Below are positions 18,722-27,053 of a DNA stretch of 48,119 nucleotides, in pieces. The number at the start of each line of letters is the position of its first letter. The first letter of the stretch is position 1. A program made the translations under genes and the position numbers. This stretch comes from Thermoanaerobaculia bacterium (GTDB taxonomy: Bacteria > Acidobacteriota > Thermoanaerobaculia > Multivoradales > UBA5704). The stretch covers positions 1-48,119 of the forward strand of contig JBKKAU010000228.1 in NCBI GenBank assembly GCA_046714475.1. The letters run 5' to 3'. The notes beneath the pieces are model-generated. The model had not been told where the DNA came from and searched no databases. It was given only the letters and a program-made list of their open reading frames with translations.

Positions 18722-20290
18722 ATGAAGACGTTGCGGAGCTATGTGTGCGGTGGCTGGCATGAGGCGGGCTCGGGGTTCGCGACCCTGGTGGACCCTTCGA
18801 CAGAAGAGGAGATCGCGCGGGCCTCGAGCGCCGGGGTCGACTTCGGCGCCGTCCTCGACTACGCGCGGGAGCGTGGCGGCCCGGCGTTGCGGAGGATGAC
18901 CTTCGCCCAGCGCGGCCAGATCCTCAAGGAGATGTCCCGCCTGCTGCGGGAGCACCGGGACGAGCTGCTCGACCTCTCGGCCCGCAACACCGGCACCACC
19001 AAGCCGGACGGTTCCTTCGATATCGACGGCGGGTCCGGGACCCTCGCCTTCTACTCCGCGCAGGCCAAGCGGCTCGGCGACGTCCGGTTCCTCGTCGAGG
19101 GGGAGGGGGTACAGCTCGCCAAGTCCGAGGCTTTCTGGGCGCAGCACGTCCTGGTGCCCCGGCACGGCGTCGCGGTCCACATCAACGCTTTCAACTTCCC
19201 GGTCTGGGGCTTCGCCGAGAAGGCGGCCTGCGCCCTGTTGGCCGGCATGCCGGTGGTGACCAAGCCGGCGACCGCGACCGCCATGGTCACCGAGCGGGCC
19301 ATCGAGATCATGGTCGAGGCGGGCATCCTTCCCGACGGCGCGCTGCAGCTCATCGTCGGCTCGACCGGCGACCTTCTGGACCGGTTGGGACCACAGGACA
19401 TCCTCGCCTTCACCGGCTCGGCCGACACGGCGCGCAGCCTGCGTACCCGGGACAACCTGCTCGCCGCCTGCACGCGGGTCAACGTCGAGGCCGACAGCCT
19501 GAACGCGGCGGTGCTCGGGCCGGACGTGACCGAGGGGGCGACGCTCGACTTCTTCCTGCGCGACGTCTTCCGCGAGATCACCCAGAAGGCCGGGCAGAAG
19601 TGCACGGCCGTGCGCCGTATCCTGGTACCGGCGGAGCGGGCCGACGAGATCCAGGAGGCGCTGTCGTCGCGGCTCGCGGCGATCGTCACCGGCAACCCCA
19701 CGGACGGCTCGGTGACCATGGGACCGCTCGCCACGGCCCAGCAGCTCGAGGACGCGGTCCGCGGCGTGGCCGAGCTGCGGCGGTCGGCCCGGCTGGTCCA
19801 CGGTACGGGGGAGAAGGCGGATGGCGCCGGTGCTCCGGCGGGGAAGGGCTTCTTCTTCCCGCCGACCCTGCTGCGCGTCGACGACTCCCGGAACGCGGGG
19901 GTGGTCCACGAACGCGAGGTCTTCGGCCCGGTCGCGACGCTCCTTCCCTACGACGGCGGCGCCGCCGCGGCGGCGGAGATCGTGGCCCTGGGCGGCGGCA
20001 TGCTGGTCACCTCGGTCTACAGCGACGACTCCGGCTGGTTGGGTGAGTTCCTGGCGCGGGTCGGCAGCTCGCAGGGCCGGATCTATCTCGGCAATCAAGA
20101 GGCGGCGGTCGAGGGCTTCGGCTCGGGCGCGGCGATCCCGCAGGCGCTGCACGGCGGTCCGGGCCGGGCCGGCGGCGGCGAGGAGCTGGGCGGTCTGAAC
20201 GGCGTCAAGCTCTACATGCAGAGGGTGGCGCTCCAGGGCAGCCGCGCCCTGGTGGACGAGTTGGCCGCGGGGATGGGGACTGCGCCGTGA
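18722..20290 (+). CDS. Aldehyde dehydrogenase, PaaZ N-terminal-domain-like (3,4-dehydroadipyl-CoA semialdehyde dehydrogenase-like)
   Basis: 522 aa. MKTLRSYVCGGWHEAGSG...GPALRRMTFAQRGQILKEM...DIDGGSGTLAFYS parallels the E. coli PaaZ N-terminus as I recall it. Catalytic Cys context GQKCTAVRR. Good SD (aaggagaa) upstream. Confidence 0.75.
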   Translation: MKTLRSYVCGGWHEAGSGFATLVDPSTEEEIARASSAGVDFGAVLDYARERGGPALRRMTFAQRGQILKEMSRLLREHRDELLDLSARNTGTTKPDGSFDIDGGSGTLAFYSAQAKRLGDVRFLVEGEGVQLAKSEAFWAQHVLVPRHGVAVHINAFNFPVWGFAEKAACALLAGMPVVTKPATATAMVTERAIEIMVEAGILPDGALQLIVGSTGDLLDRLGPQDILAFTGSADTARSLRTRDNLLAACTRVNVEADSLNAAVLGPDVTEGATLDFFLRDVFREITQKAGQKCTAVRRILVPAERADEIQEALSSRLAAIVTGNPTDGSVTMGPLATAQQLEDAVRGVAELRRSARLVHGTGEKADGAGAPAGKGFFFPPTLLRVDDSRNAGVVHEREVFGPVATLLPYDGGAAAAAEIVALGGGMLVTSVYSDDSGWLGEFLARVGSSQGRIYLGNQEAAVEGFGSGAAIPQALHGGPGRAGGGEELGGLNGVKLYMQRVALQGSRALVDELAAGMGTAP

Positions 20291-20766
20291 GCCAGGACAG
20301 GGCGCTGCGCGACCATCTCCTCTATCTATTAAGAGGGGGAGGCGCCCACGCGTCCTTCGACCAGGTGATTGCAAACCTGCCGGCCGAGCTGCGGGGCGTC
20401 CGTCCTCCCGGGGCCTCGCACTCCCCCTGGGAAGTTCTGGAGCACCTCCGCATCACCCAGTGGGACATCCTGGAGTTCAGCCGCAACGGCGCCCACGTCT
20501 CGCCGGAGTGGCCGAAGGAGTACGGGCCCCGAGAGCTGGCGCCGCCTGACGCCGGCGCCTGGGACCGCAGCGTCGAGACCTTCCGGCGGGAGCTCAAGGA
20601 GATGGAAGCGTTGGTGGACGACCCGTCGTCCGACCTCTACGCCCAGTGCCCCTGGGGAGACGGTCAGACGCTCCTCCGCGAGGCGTTGCTGGTGGCGGAC
20701 CACAACGCCTACCACTTGGGGGAGCTGGTGCTGCTGCGGCGGCTGTTGGGAGCGTGGCCGTCCTAG
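20287..20766 (+). CDS. DinB-family (DinB_2-like) four-helix-bundle protein
   Basis: 159 aa. HSPWEVLEHLRITQWDILEF and ADHNAYHLGELVLLRR provide the His-triad layout of DinB proteins. The GTG start overlaps the ALDH stop (GTGA). Confidence 0.75.
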   Translation: MSQDRALRDHLLYLLRGGGAHASFDQVIANLPAELRGVRPPGASHSPWEVLEHLRITQWDILEFSRNGAHVSPEWPKEYGPRELAPPDAGAWDRSVETFRRELKEMEALVDDPSSDLYAQCPWGDGQTLLREALLVADHNAYHLGELVLLRRLLGAWPS

Positions 20767-20777
20767 CCTCCTGCCCA

Positions 20778-21260
20778 TCAGAATCCACAAGGTGGATAAG
20801 CGACAGACGAATAGGGAGAACAGGTGTTGTTGGGAAAAGTAACCTGCTTCCAACAACTTCCCGCGGTATTGTAGGAGGAGAGTACCACGGTAGTCTTGGT
20901 CCCGTCGCAGTTGGTGGTCTCGCGGTAATTCGTTACCTTGTACCGCACGTAGTACTCGTCGAACCTGTAACCGCGGCCTGCGTTGGCATACTCCTCAAGG
21001 CACTTGTACGGTTGGGTCAGCTGTTTGCTCAGCATTATCGATGTGCTGTAGTCGCGAGTGGACGGACAGCTTCTGCAGCGATGGATACAGGAATTATAGG
21101 CATCGACGCATTGCTGTTCGCAGAGAGCTCCGCCGAAAGCTCCACAATTGTCTGAACAGGTCCAGTAGTCAAGGCCGCACTGCTCCTCGCAAGCGGCATC
21201 AGCCCAGAGCGGACTGGAGGCCAGAAAAGCGAAAATAGCGACGACAACGTGCTTGCGCAT
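20778..21260 (-). CDS. Secreted Cys-rich protein of unknown function (low-G+C islet)
   Basis: 160 aa. Strong SD (gcaggaggaact-ATG) and signal peptide MRKHVVVAIFAFLASSPLWADA. There are 14 Cys in the mature part, including four Cx3C motifs (CEEQC, CSDNC, CEQQC, CIHRC). G+C is visibly lower than in neighbouring genes. Confidence 0.6.
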   Translation of the reverse strand: MRKHVVVAIFAFLASSPLWADAACEEQCGLDYWTCSDNCGAFGGALCEQQCVDAYNSCIHRCRSCPSTRDYSTSIMLSKQLTQPYKCLEEYANAGRGYRFDEYYVRYKVTNYRETTNCDGTKTTVVLSSYNTAGSCWKQVTFPNNTCSPYSSVAYPPCGF

Positions 21261-21427
21261 AGTTCCTCCTGCAGTGAGTTAACCGCCTGGGAAGCACAAC
21301 GGTATCGGAATCAAGTAGCTAAAGAATCTCCATGCACGCGTCCTTCGAGCGATACGGATTCAGTCCTTCAGTAGTTGAAGGTGCTGGAAGAGCCCAAAGC
21401 GGGACGGCACAGGATTCTCCAACTTGG

Positions 21428-22750
21428 CTAACCTTCCCCTCCAAACCGTATCCCCAGCTTCTTGAGAAGTCCAAACGGCGGCACGCCGCCGGCAAAGACG
21501 AAGACGTAATCGTTTTCCATCTCGACCGTCTCGCTCTCGCCGATCCGGAGCCTTACACTCACCGGTCCGATCTCCAGCGGCTGGGATGAGAAAAGCGGCC
21601 TGAGCCTGCCGCTCGCCAAGGCTTCCGCGAAAGCGGACTCATTTTTCTTCTTGATGCGGACCAGCTTCTCCCGCCGGTAGGAGAAGACGACCTCGTTGCC
21701 GGGCTGGCGGGTTAGGCCGACGGCGGCCTCGACGGCGCTGTCGCCGCCGCCCACGACCAGGATCTTCTGGCCGCGGTAGCCTTCGGCGTCCATCAGGCGG
21801 TACATGACCTTGGGGAGATCCTCCCCCGAGATGCCGAGCTTGCGCGGGCTGCCCCGCCGGCCGAGGGCGAGGACGATATGGCGGGCGCGCCAGGTGCCGC
21901 CTTGCGAGCGCACCAGGAAATGGCACTCCTCGCGCCGCACGTCCTCGACCGCTTCGCCGAAGCGCACGTTGAGCCGGTGGTCCCGCACCATGCCTTCGAA
22001 CATCCCCAGCAGGACCTCCTTGGCGTACTCCTCCTTGCGCAGCTCTCCCCAGGGCGGCAACTCGACCCGCTGCGTGAGGACCATTTTGCGGCGCGGGTAG
22101 TGGAGAAGGCTGCCGCCCAGGTTCTCTTCCTTTTCGAGGACGACGTGGGACAGCCCGGCGCCAGCCGCGGTCAGGGCGGCGCTCAGCCCTGACGGCCCGG
22201 CGCCGACGATCGCCACGTCGAGCACCCCATCCTCCGGCGGATCCTCGCGGCCCCTCTCGGCGACGTGCTCGATCACCTGACGGCCCTGGTGCACGGCGTT
22301 CTTGACCAGGGCGAGCCCGCCGAGCTCGCCGACGACGTAGATCCCCGGCACGCTGGTCTGGAACGATTCGTCGAGCAGGGGGACATCCTCGCGCGACTTC
22401 ATGTCTCCCAGGCCGACCGTGATGGCGCCGACCGGGCAGGCCTCCTCGCAACGGGCGTGCCCTACGCAGCGCAGCCCGTTGACCACGACCGCGGTGCCGC
22501 CGACGATGCCGAGTACGTCCCCTTCCGGGCAGGCGCGGACGCAGGCGCCGCAGCCGATGCAGCGCGCCGGATCGATGTAGGGATACTGGGCTGTGGGACG
22601 GTCGATCCCCAGGGCGGCCGCCTCCTCCTTGCGCTCGCGGTCGCCACGCACGCGGCGGCGGAACTTCCAGAGGTAGGGGAGGACGATCAGCGCCGCGACG
22701 ATCAGGGCGGCGCTCCAGAGCAGGACGGCTTCGGACGGCAGGGCGGTCAC
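21428..22750 (-). CDS. Membrane-anchored 4Fe-4S ferredoxin domain fused to a thioredoxin-reductase-fold FAD/NAD(P)H oxidoreductase (FNR-like)
   Basis: 440 aa.
- N-terminal TM helix, then KFRRRVRGDRERK (positive-inside).
- CIGCGACVRACP plus a degenerate CVGHARCEEACP.
- GxGxxG sites VAIVGAGPSGLSAA and ILVVGGGDSAVEAAVGL.
- No CxxC redox disulfide; only one other Cys. Confidence 0.8.
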   Translation of the reverse strand: MTALPSEAVLLWSAALIVAALIVLPYLWKFRRRVRGDRERKEEAAALGIDRPTAQYPYIDPARCIGCGACVRACPEGDVLGIVGGTAVVVNGLRCVGHARCEEACPVGAITVGLGDMKSREDVPLLDESFQTSVPGIYVVGELGGLALVKNAVHQGRQVIEHVAERGREDPPEDGVLDVAIVGAGPSGLSAALTAAGAGLSHVVLEKEENLGGSLLHYPRRKMVLTQRVELPPWGELRKEEYAKEVLLGMFEGMVRDHRLNVRFGEAVEDVRREECHFLVRSQGGTWRARHIVLALGRRGSPRKLGISGEDLPKVMYRLMDAEGYRGQKILVVGGGDSAVEAAVGLTRQPGNEVVFSYRREKLVRIKKKNESAFAEALASGRLRPLFSSQPLEIGPVSVRLRIGESETVEMENDYVFVFAGGVPPFGLLKKLGIRFGGEG

Positions 22751-22754
22751 TACT

Positions 22755-24383
22755 TCAGAAGCGGTACCCGAGGCCGAGGCTCAGGCGCTGTCCCTCCAGG
22801 TCGTCGCCGGTCGCGACCTCGACCTCGGCGCGGCCGAAGAGGTCGAGCGGCAGCTCCAGCCAGAGGGAGGCGCGGCCCCACTGAGTCGAGCGCTCCTCCT
22901 CGATCTCGCTCTCGCGATAGAGGGTGGTCCCCACGCTCAGGGTGAGGGCGTGGCCGGCCCCGAAGGTGCGGCCGGCCCGGGCGGTGACGAGGAGGCCGTC
23001 GGTCACGGGGTTGGTGAACCCCATGACGTCGGCCCCCAGGGAGAGGCCCAGAACGCCGGAGTGGCCGGCGCCCAAACCCAGAGAGAAGGCCCGGTCCGCG
23101 TCGAGCGCGGCGCTGCCGGTGCTCGCGCCCCCCTCTTCGCCGAGACGGGCGCCGGCGCTCACCGACCACTGAAAGCCCTGGGCCGGGGAACGCTGCCAGC
23201 TCACCCGCAGCCCCTGGCGGATGAAGTCCTCGAAGAGCTCGACCGGGATGAACCGGGTCTCCTCGGTCCAGTAGCGCTCGAAACGGTCGTAGGAGAGGAC
23301 CAGGCGGCCCTCGGCGGAGAGGCGCCCGATCGCCGTCAGCGCCACGGTCGAGAGCTGCGATCCCGAGCCGGCGGCCTGCTCGCGCCAGCCGCGGTTCAGG
23401 TCGAGCTCGGCGTGCTGGAAGAAGGACCAGCGCGAGCCCGCGTCATACCGGCTCTCCAGCGTCACGTACTCGCGGCTGATGTCGACGTCCCCCTCTTCGC
23501 GGATACCCGCGAGCAGCACCTCGAAGCGGTCGCGCGCCTCCTCGCTCGCCGGGCCGAACCGGGTGAAGACGCCGTACTTGCTCCCCGAATTCTCGAAGCC
23601 CAGCTCCTCGATGTCCGGGTTGAGACCGTAGAAGCCGCCGACCTCCACGCCGCGGACGATCCGCGTCTGGGCCAGGGCGCCGTCGAGATAGCCGATGCCG
23701 GCGAAGGGGCTGGTGCCGAGCCGGCCGAGGCGGAAGCCGGCGCGGCCCTCGGGCGGCTCGTAGATCAGGGCCAGCTCGTAGAGGCGGTCGCGGCTCTCGC
23801 GCTCCGGGATGCCGAACAGACGGCGGGTCCGCTGCTCGTCCGAGGTCCGGAGGCGCAGCCGCGCCTGGAGAGGAGTGCCGGCGATGCCGCGCGCCCTGAG
23901 ATTGAGGCGCACGGCCGTGCGCTGGAAGTCGCGGCCGGCCTCCGAACCGTCGGAGAAGCTTTCATGATCGACGCTGACCGTGCCCGCGAGGCCGGTGCGG
24001 GAGAGCCCGTACCCGCGGCTGGAGCTCTGGGGGAGCTGCGCCGGAGGTTGGGGCTCGGGCGCCGGAGCCGGCGGGCTTTGCTCGCTTCGCGGCTCGGGAG
24101 ACGTCTCGCCCAGCCGCCGCGCGCGGTCTCCCGCCTGGACCGTCTGCCGTTCGGAGACGATCCGGCAGGAGGCTGAATGCTCGGCCGCGAAGATCACCTC
24201 GACCTCGGCGATGACCGACCCGCCGCGCAGGACCTGGAGGCGGTCCCCCACGTCGACCCCCGCAGCCTTGCCCGCGTTCAGGTAGACCGTTTCGGCGGAG
24301 CGGTAGCGGACCTGGAGGTCGGTCTGGGCCGAAGCGACAACGGCGACCAGAAGGAGGATGAAAAAAAGGGTTTTCATTTTCAT
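22755..24383 (-). CDS. Outer-membrane beta-barrel protein (porin-like partner of the decahaem cytochrome)
   Basis: 542 aa. Signal peptide MKMKTLFFILLLVAVVASAQT, a small soluble domain, the Pro-rich linker SPPAPAPEPQPPAQLP, then about 400 aa of alternating-hydrophobic strands ending LSLGLGYRF (C-terminal aromatic OMP signature). ATGA overlap with the upstream cytochrome. Confidence 0.7.
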   Translation of the reverse strand: MKMKTLFFILLLVAVVASAQTDLQVRYRSAETVYLNAGKAAGVDVGDRLQVLRGGSVIAEVEVIFAAEHSASCRIVSERQTVQAGDRARRLGETSPEPRSEQSPPAPAPEPQPPAQLPQSSSRGYGLSRTGLAGTVSVDHESFSDGSEAGRDFQRTAVRLNLRARGIAGTPLQARLRLRTSDEQRTRRLFGIPERESRDRLYELALIYEPPEGRAGFRLGRLGTSPFAGIGYLDGALAQTRIVRGVEVGGFYGLNPDIEELGFENSGSKYGVFTRFGPASEEARDRFEVLLAGIREEGDVDISREYVTLESRYDAGSRWSFFQHAELDLNRGWREQAAGSGSQLSTVALTAIGRLSAEGRLVLSYDRFERYWTEETRFIPVELFEDFIRQGLRVSWQRSPAQGFQWSVSAGARLGEEGGASTGSAALDADRAFSLGLGAGHSGVLGLSLGADVMGFTNPVTDGLLVTARAGRTFGAGHALTLSVGTTLYRESEIEEERSTQWGRASLWLELPLDLFGRAEVEVATGDDLEGQRLSLGLGYRF

Positions 24384-25249
24384 TCTCTCCCCCTGGGATG
24401 GCAGTTGAGACAGGCCCTGCTCTCGTAGCGGTAGCCCCCGACCCGGCGGTGCTCGTCATCCATCTCCGAGCGGCGGTGGTCGTGACAGGTCAGGCAGGAG
24501 AAGGTCTGGAGGTTGCCGCTCGTGTGGCAATTCGAGCAGGAGGACCAGGTCCCTTCATGGACGCCGGAAAAGATCGGGAAGAACCGGCTGTCGTGGACGC
24601 GGAAGTCGGCGCCTGCGAAGCTCGACGTGCTGTGGCAGGCCTCGCACTGGGTGGGGAAGCCCAGCTGCACGTGGTTGGGCTGCGCCCGCCGGTAGTCCTC
24701 GGCGTGGCAGGAGAAGCAGTCGTTCGGGGTGCCCGCGAACTCGAACGGCGGCGCCTGCCGGTGACAGGCCCCGCAGTCGAGACGGGTGTGCGCGCCGGTC
24801 AGCGGGAAGAGCGAGGCGTTGTGCAGCTCGAAGATCCGCCGCCGGTTGTCCCAGCCCGCTGGAGTGTGGCAGCTCTCGCACGCCAGCCCCAGGGCCCGGC
24901 GGTGCGGGTCCTCGTGGCAGTCGGCGCAGGCGGTGCTGACATGGGTGAACCGGAGGTCCTGGTGGCAGCCGATGCAGGCGACCTGCTTGTGGCTCTTGAG
25001 GAGCGGGAAACCGGTCTCCTTGCCGTGGTCGAACGGCAGTGACTTCTTGAGCGGCCGCCAGCCCTCGGGGGTATGGCAATGACTGCAGCCCACTTTGAGC
25101 GGACCGTGGGGGTTGCGGCTCGCCTCCTGGGCCCGGTCCGGAGCGGACTGGAGCAGCAGGAGGAGGACGGCGAGGCAAAAAACCCTCGCTCCGAGGTCAG
25201 CGGATCGCGGCGAGACTCGCACCTTGTCTTCCTCCATGACACCCCTCAC
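24380..25249 (-). CDS. Periplasmic decahaem c-type cytochrome
   Basis: 289 aa with 10 CxxCH (CSHCH, CIGCH, CADCH, CESCH, CGACH, CFSCH, CEACH, CSNCH, CLTCH, CLNCH). Signal-like h-region VFCLAVLLLLLQSAP. The exact start is uncertain (ATG 25249 or 25237); either overlaps the end of the 23-haem gene. Confidence 0.85.
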   Translation of the reverse strand: MRGVMEEDKVRVSPRSADLGARVFCLAVLLLLLQSAPDRAQEASRNPHGPLKVGCSHCHTPEGWRPLKKSLPFDHGKETGFPLLKSHKQVACIGCHQDLRFTHVSTACADCHEDPHRRALGLACESCHTPAGWDNRRRIFELHNASLFPLTGAHTRLDCGACHRQAPPFEFAGTPNDCFSCHAEDYRRAQPNHVQLGFPTQCEACHSTSSFAGADFRVHDSRFFPIFSGVHEGTWSSCSNCHTSGNLQTFSCLTCHDHRRSEMDDEHRRVGGYRYESRACLNCHPRGRE

Positions 25250-27053
25250 AGGTCGTAGGCAGCGGCTTGTAGCGGACGATGGTCCGGCCTTCGCGGGTCT
25301 CCGGCTTATGGCAGGCGGCGCACGGCAGGCGGCGGTGCGCCCCTTCGAGCCGGAAGCGCGAGCTGCGGTCGTGATCGAACGTCGCCCGTTTCCATCCGAG
25401 AACGGAATGGCAGGCCTGACACCGGACTCCTCCCGCCGCCTTCTGTCCGGCCGGGACGAGCTGTCCCCCGTGAGGATCGCCGTGGCAGGAGGCGCACTCG
25501 GTGGGCGTCCCCTGGAAGCGGATCCGCTCGCGGGGCGTACCGCGCTCCACCGTTGGATGGCAGCTCCGGCAGGCGACGCGCTGATGCCCCCCTTCGAGGG
25601 GGAATCCCGTCCGGTCGTGGTCGAAGATCACGTTTTTCCAGCTCTCCAGCGAGTGGCAGGTCTCGCATCCCCCCTGGACGACAAAACGCTTCACCTCGCC
25701 CCGATGGGGATCGCCATGACAGGTGAGACAGGCGGTGGAGGTGAAATGGAACTGGATCGTCTTCGACGGGCCCCGCGGGCGGTGGCAACTGATGCAGGGC
25801 ACCGCGAGATGGGAGCCCTGCAACGGGAACGAGGTCTTCTGGTGCTTCTCCAGGGTGAAGGTCGATGGTTTGAAGCCCTCGACCGTGTGACAGCTCGCGC
25901 AAGGCTGACCTTTGAGCTGGCCGAGATGGACGTCCTTGTGGCAGTCGGCGCACTGCTGGAACCGGGCGATGCGGGTGGTGGTCTGCCCAGCGCCGTGGCA
26001 GCTCTGGCAGGGGACCTGGCGGTGCTCGCCGCGCAGCGGGAACCGCGTCTTGTCATGGTTGAAGCTGGATCGCGCCGCCCCCGTCTTCCAGGCGGCGGTG
26101 GTATGGCAGGACTGGCAGGTCGCCCCGAACCGCCCCTGGTGCGGGTCTTTATGGCAGTCAGTGCAGCGCTGGTGGGCCATCTTGGTGAAGGTGGGGCCGC
26201 GATGACAGCTCGCGCAGGGGAGGGAGCGGTGCCGCCCGGTCAGGGGGAAGCCGGTGCGGTCGTGGTTGAAGCTCGAACGGTCGACCGATTTCCAGCCCTC
26301 CGTCGAGTGGCACTGCTGGCAGTTGGCGCCGAACCGCCCCTGGTGGGGGTCGCGGTGGCAGCTCGCGCAGGCTGCATGCTGGATCCCTTTGAGCTGCAGA
26401 AAGGAGCCGGCGGCGTCCGTTTTCGCTGGATGGCAGGAGGCGCAGGCCACGGACGCGTGCTGTCCCGTGAGCGGGAACTTGGTTTGGCCGTGGTCGAATC
26501 CCCGCGCCGGCTTCCAGGCCTTCTGATCGTGGCAGGAGACGCAGCTGGTGGAGAGCTGCCCCCGGTGTTCGTCCTTGTGGCAGGAGAGGCAGGCGGTACC
26601 GAGCCCGAGGAAGGTGCGGGACGGATTGGCGTTCTGGAGCTCGCGTGGGTTGCGGATCAATTTCGGCTGGTGGCAGGCGCGGCAGGTGAGCGCCGCGTGG
26701 GCGCCGGCCAGGGTGAAGCCGGTCTGCCGGTGGTCAAAGCCGGCCGAGCCCTGCTTGCCCCAGTGGATCAGTTGGAAGTCGCGCCCGTGGTGCTCGTTGT
26801 GGCAGGTCTTGCACTGCCGGTATTCGGGTCGGGCATGAAGCCCCTTCCCGGCGGCGATCCGCTTCTGGAGCGGGGTGTGGCAGGAGAGGCAGCGCTCGGG
26901 CGTGGCGCCCTTTCCGGGCTGATGGCATTTGAGGCAGTTGGCGCTCCCTTCGAGCCGCACGTGGGCGCGGCTGAGCGGGCCGGGGGAGAGCTGCGCGCCG
27001 GCGGGGACCTCCCCGAGGAGGATCGCGGCGAGGAGCAGCCCGGCTTGTCTCAT
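25197..27053 (-). CDS. Periplasmic 23-haem c-type cytochrome built from repeated paired-CxxCH modules
   Basis: Start at MRQAGLLLAAILLGEVPAGAQ (27053), a signal peptide. I count 23 CxxCH in 618 aa. The listed ORF extension to 27632 is Arg/Pro-rich and lacks a signal peptide. ATGA overlap with the upstream membrane-protein gene (27050-27053). Confidence 0.85.
   Translation of the reverse strand: MRQAGLLLAAILLGEVPAGAQLSPGPLSRAHVRLEGSANCLKCHQPGKGATPERCLSCHTPLQKRIAAGKGLHARPEYRQCKTCHNEHHGRDFQLIHWGKQGSAGFDHRQTGFTLAGAHAALTCRACHQPKLIRNPRELQNANPSRTFLGLGTACLSCHKDEHRGQLSTSCVSCHDQKAWKPARGFDHGQTKFPLTGQHASVACASCHPAKTDAAGSFLQLKGIQHAACASCHRDPHQGRFGANCQQCHSTEGWKSVDRSSFNHDRTGFPLTGRHRSLPCASCHRGPTFTKMAHQRCTDCHKDPHQGRFGATCQSCHTTAAWKTGAARSSFNHDKTRFPLRGEHRQVPCQSCHGAGQTTTRIARFQQCADCHKDVHLGQLKGQPCASCHTVEGFKPSTFTLEKHQKTSFPLQGSHLAVPCISCHRPRGPSKTIQFHFTSTACLTCHGDPHRGEVKRFVVQGGCETCHSLESWKNVIFDHDRTGFPLEGGHQRVACRSCHPTVERGTPRERIRFQGTPTECASCHGDPHGGQLVPAGQKAAGGVRCQACHSVLGWKRATFDHDRSSRFRLEGAHRRLPCAACHKPETREGRTIVRYKPLPTTCEGCHGGRQGASLAAIR

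Noticed and set aside
21332-21589. 85-aa plus-strand ORF in the low-G+C gap
   Set aside because: It overlaps the 3' end of the FeS-flavoprotein gene on the opposite strand and has no motifs or RBS.
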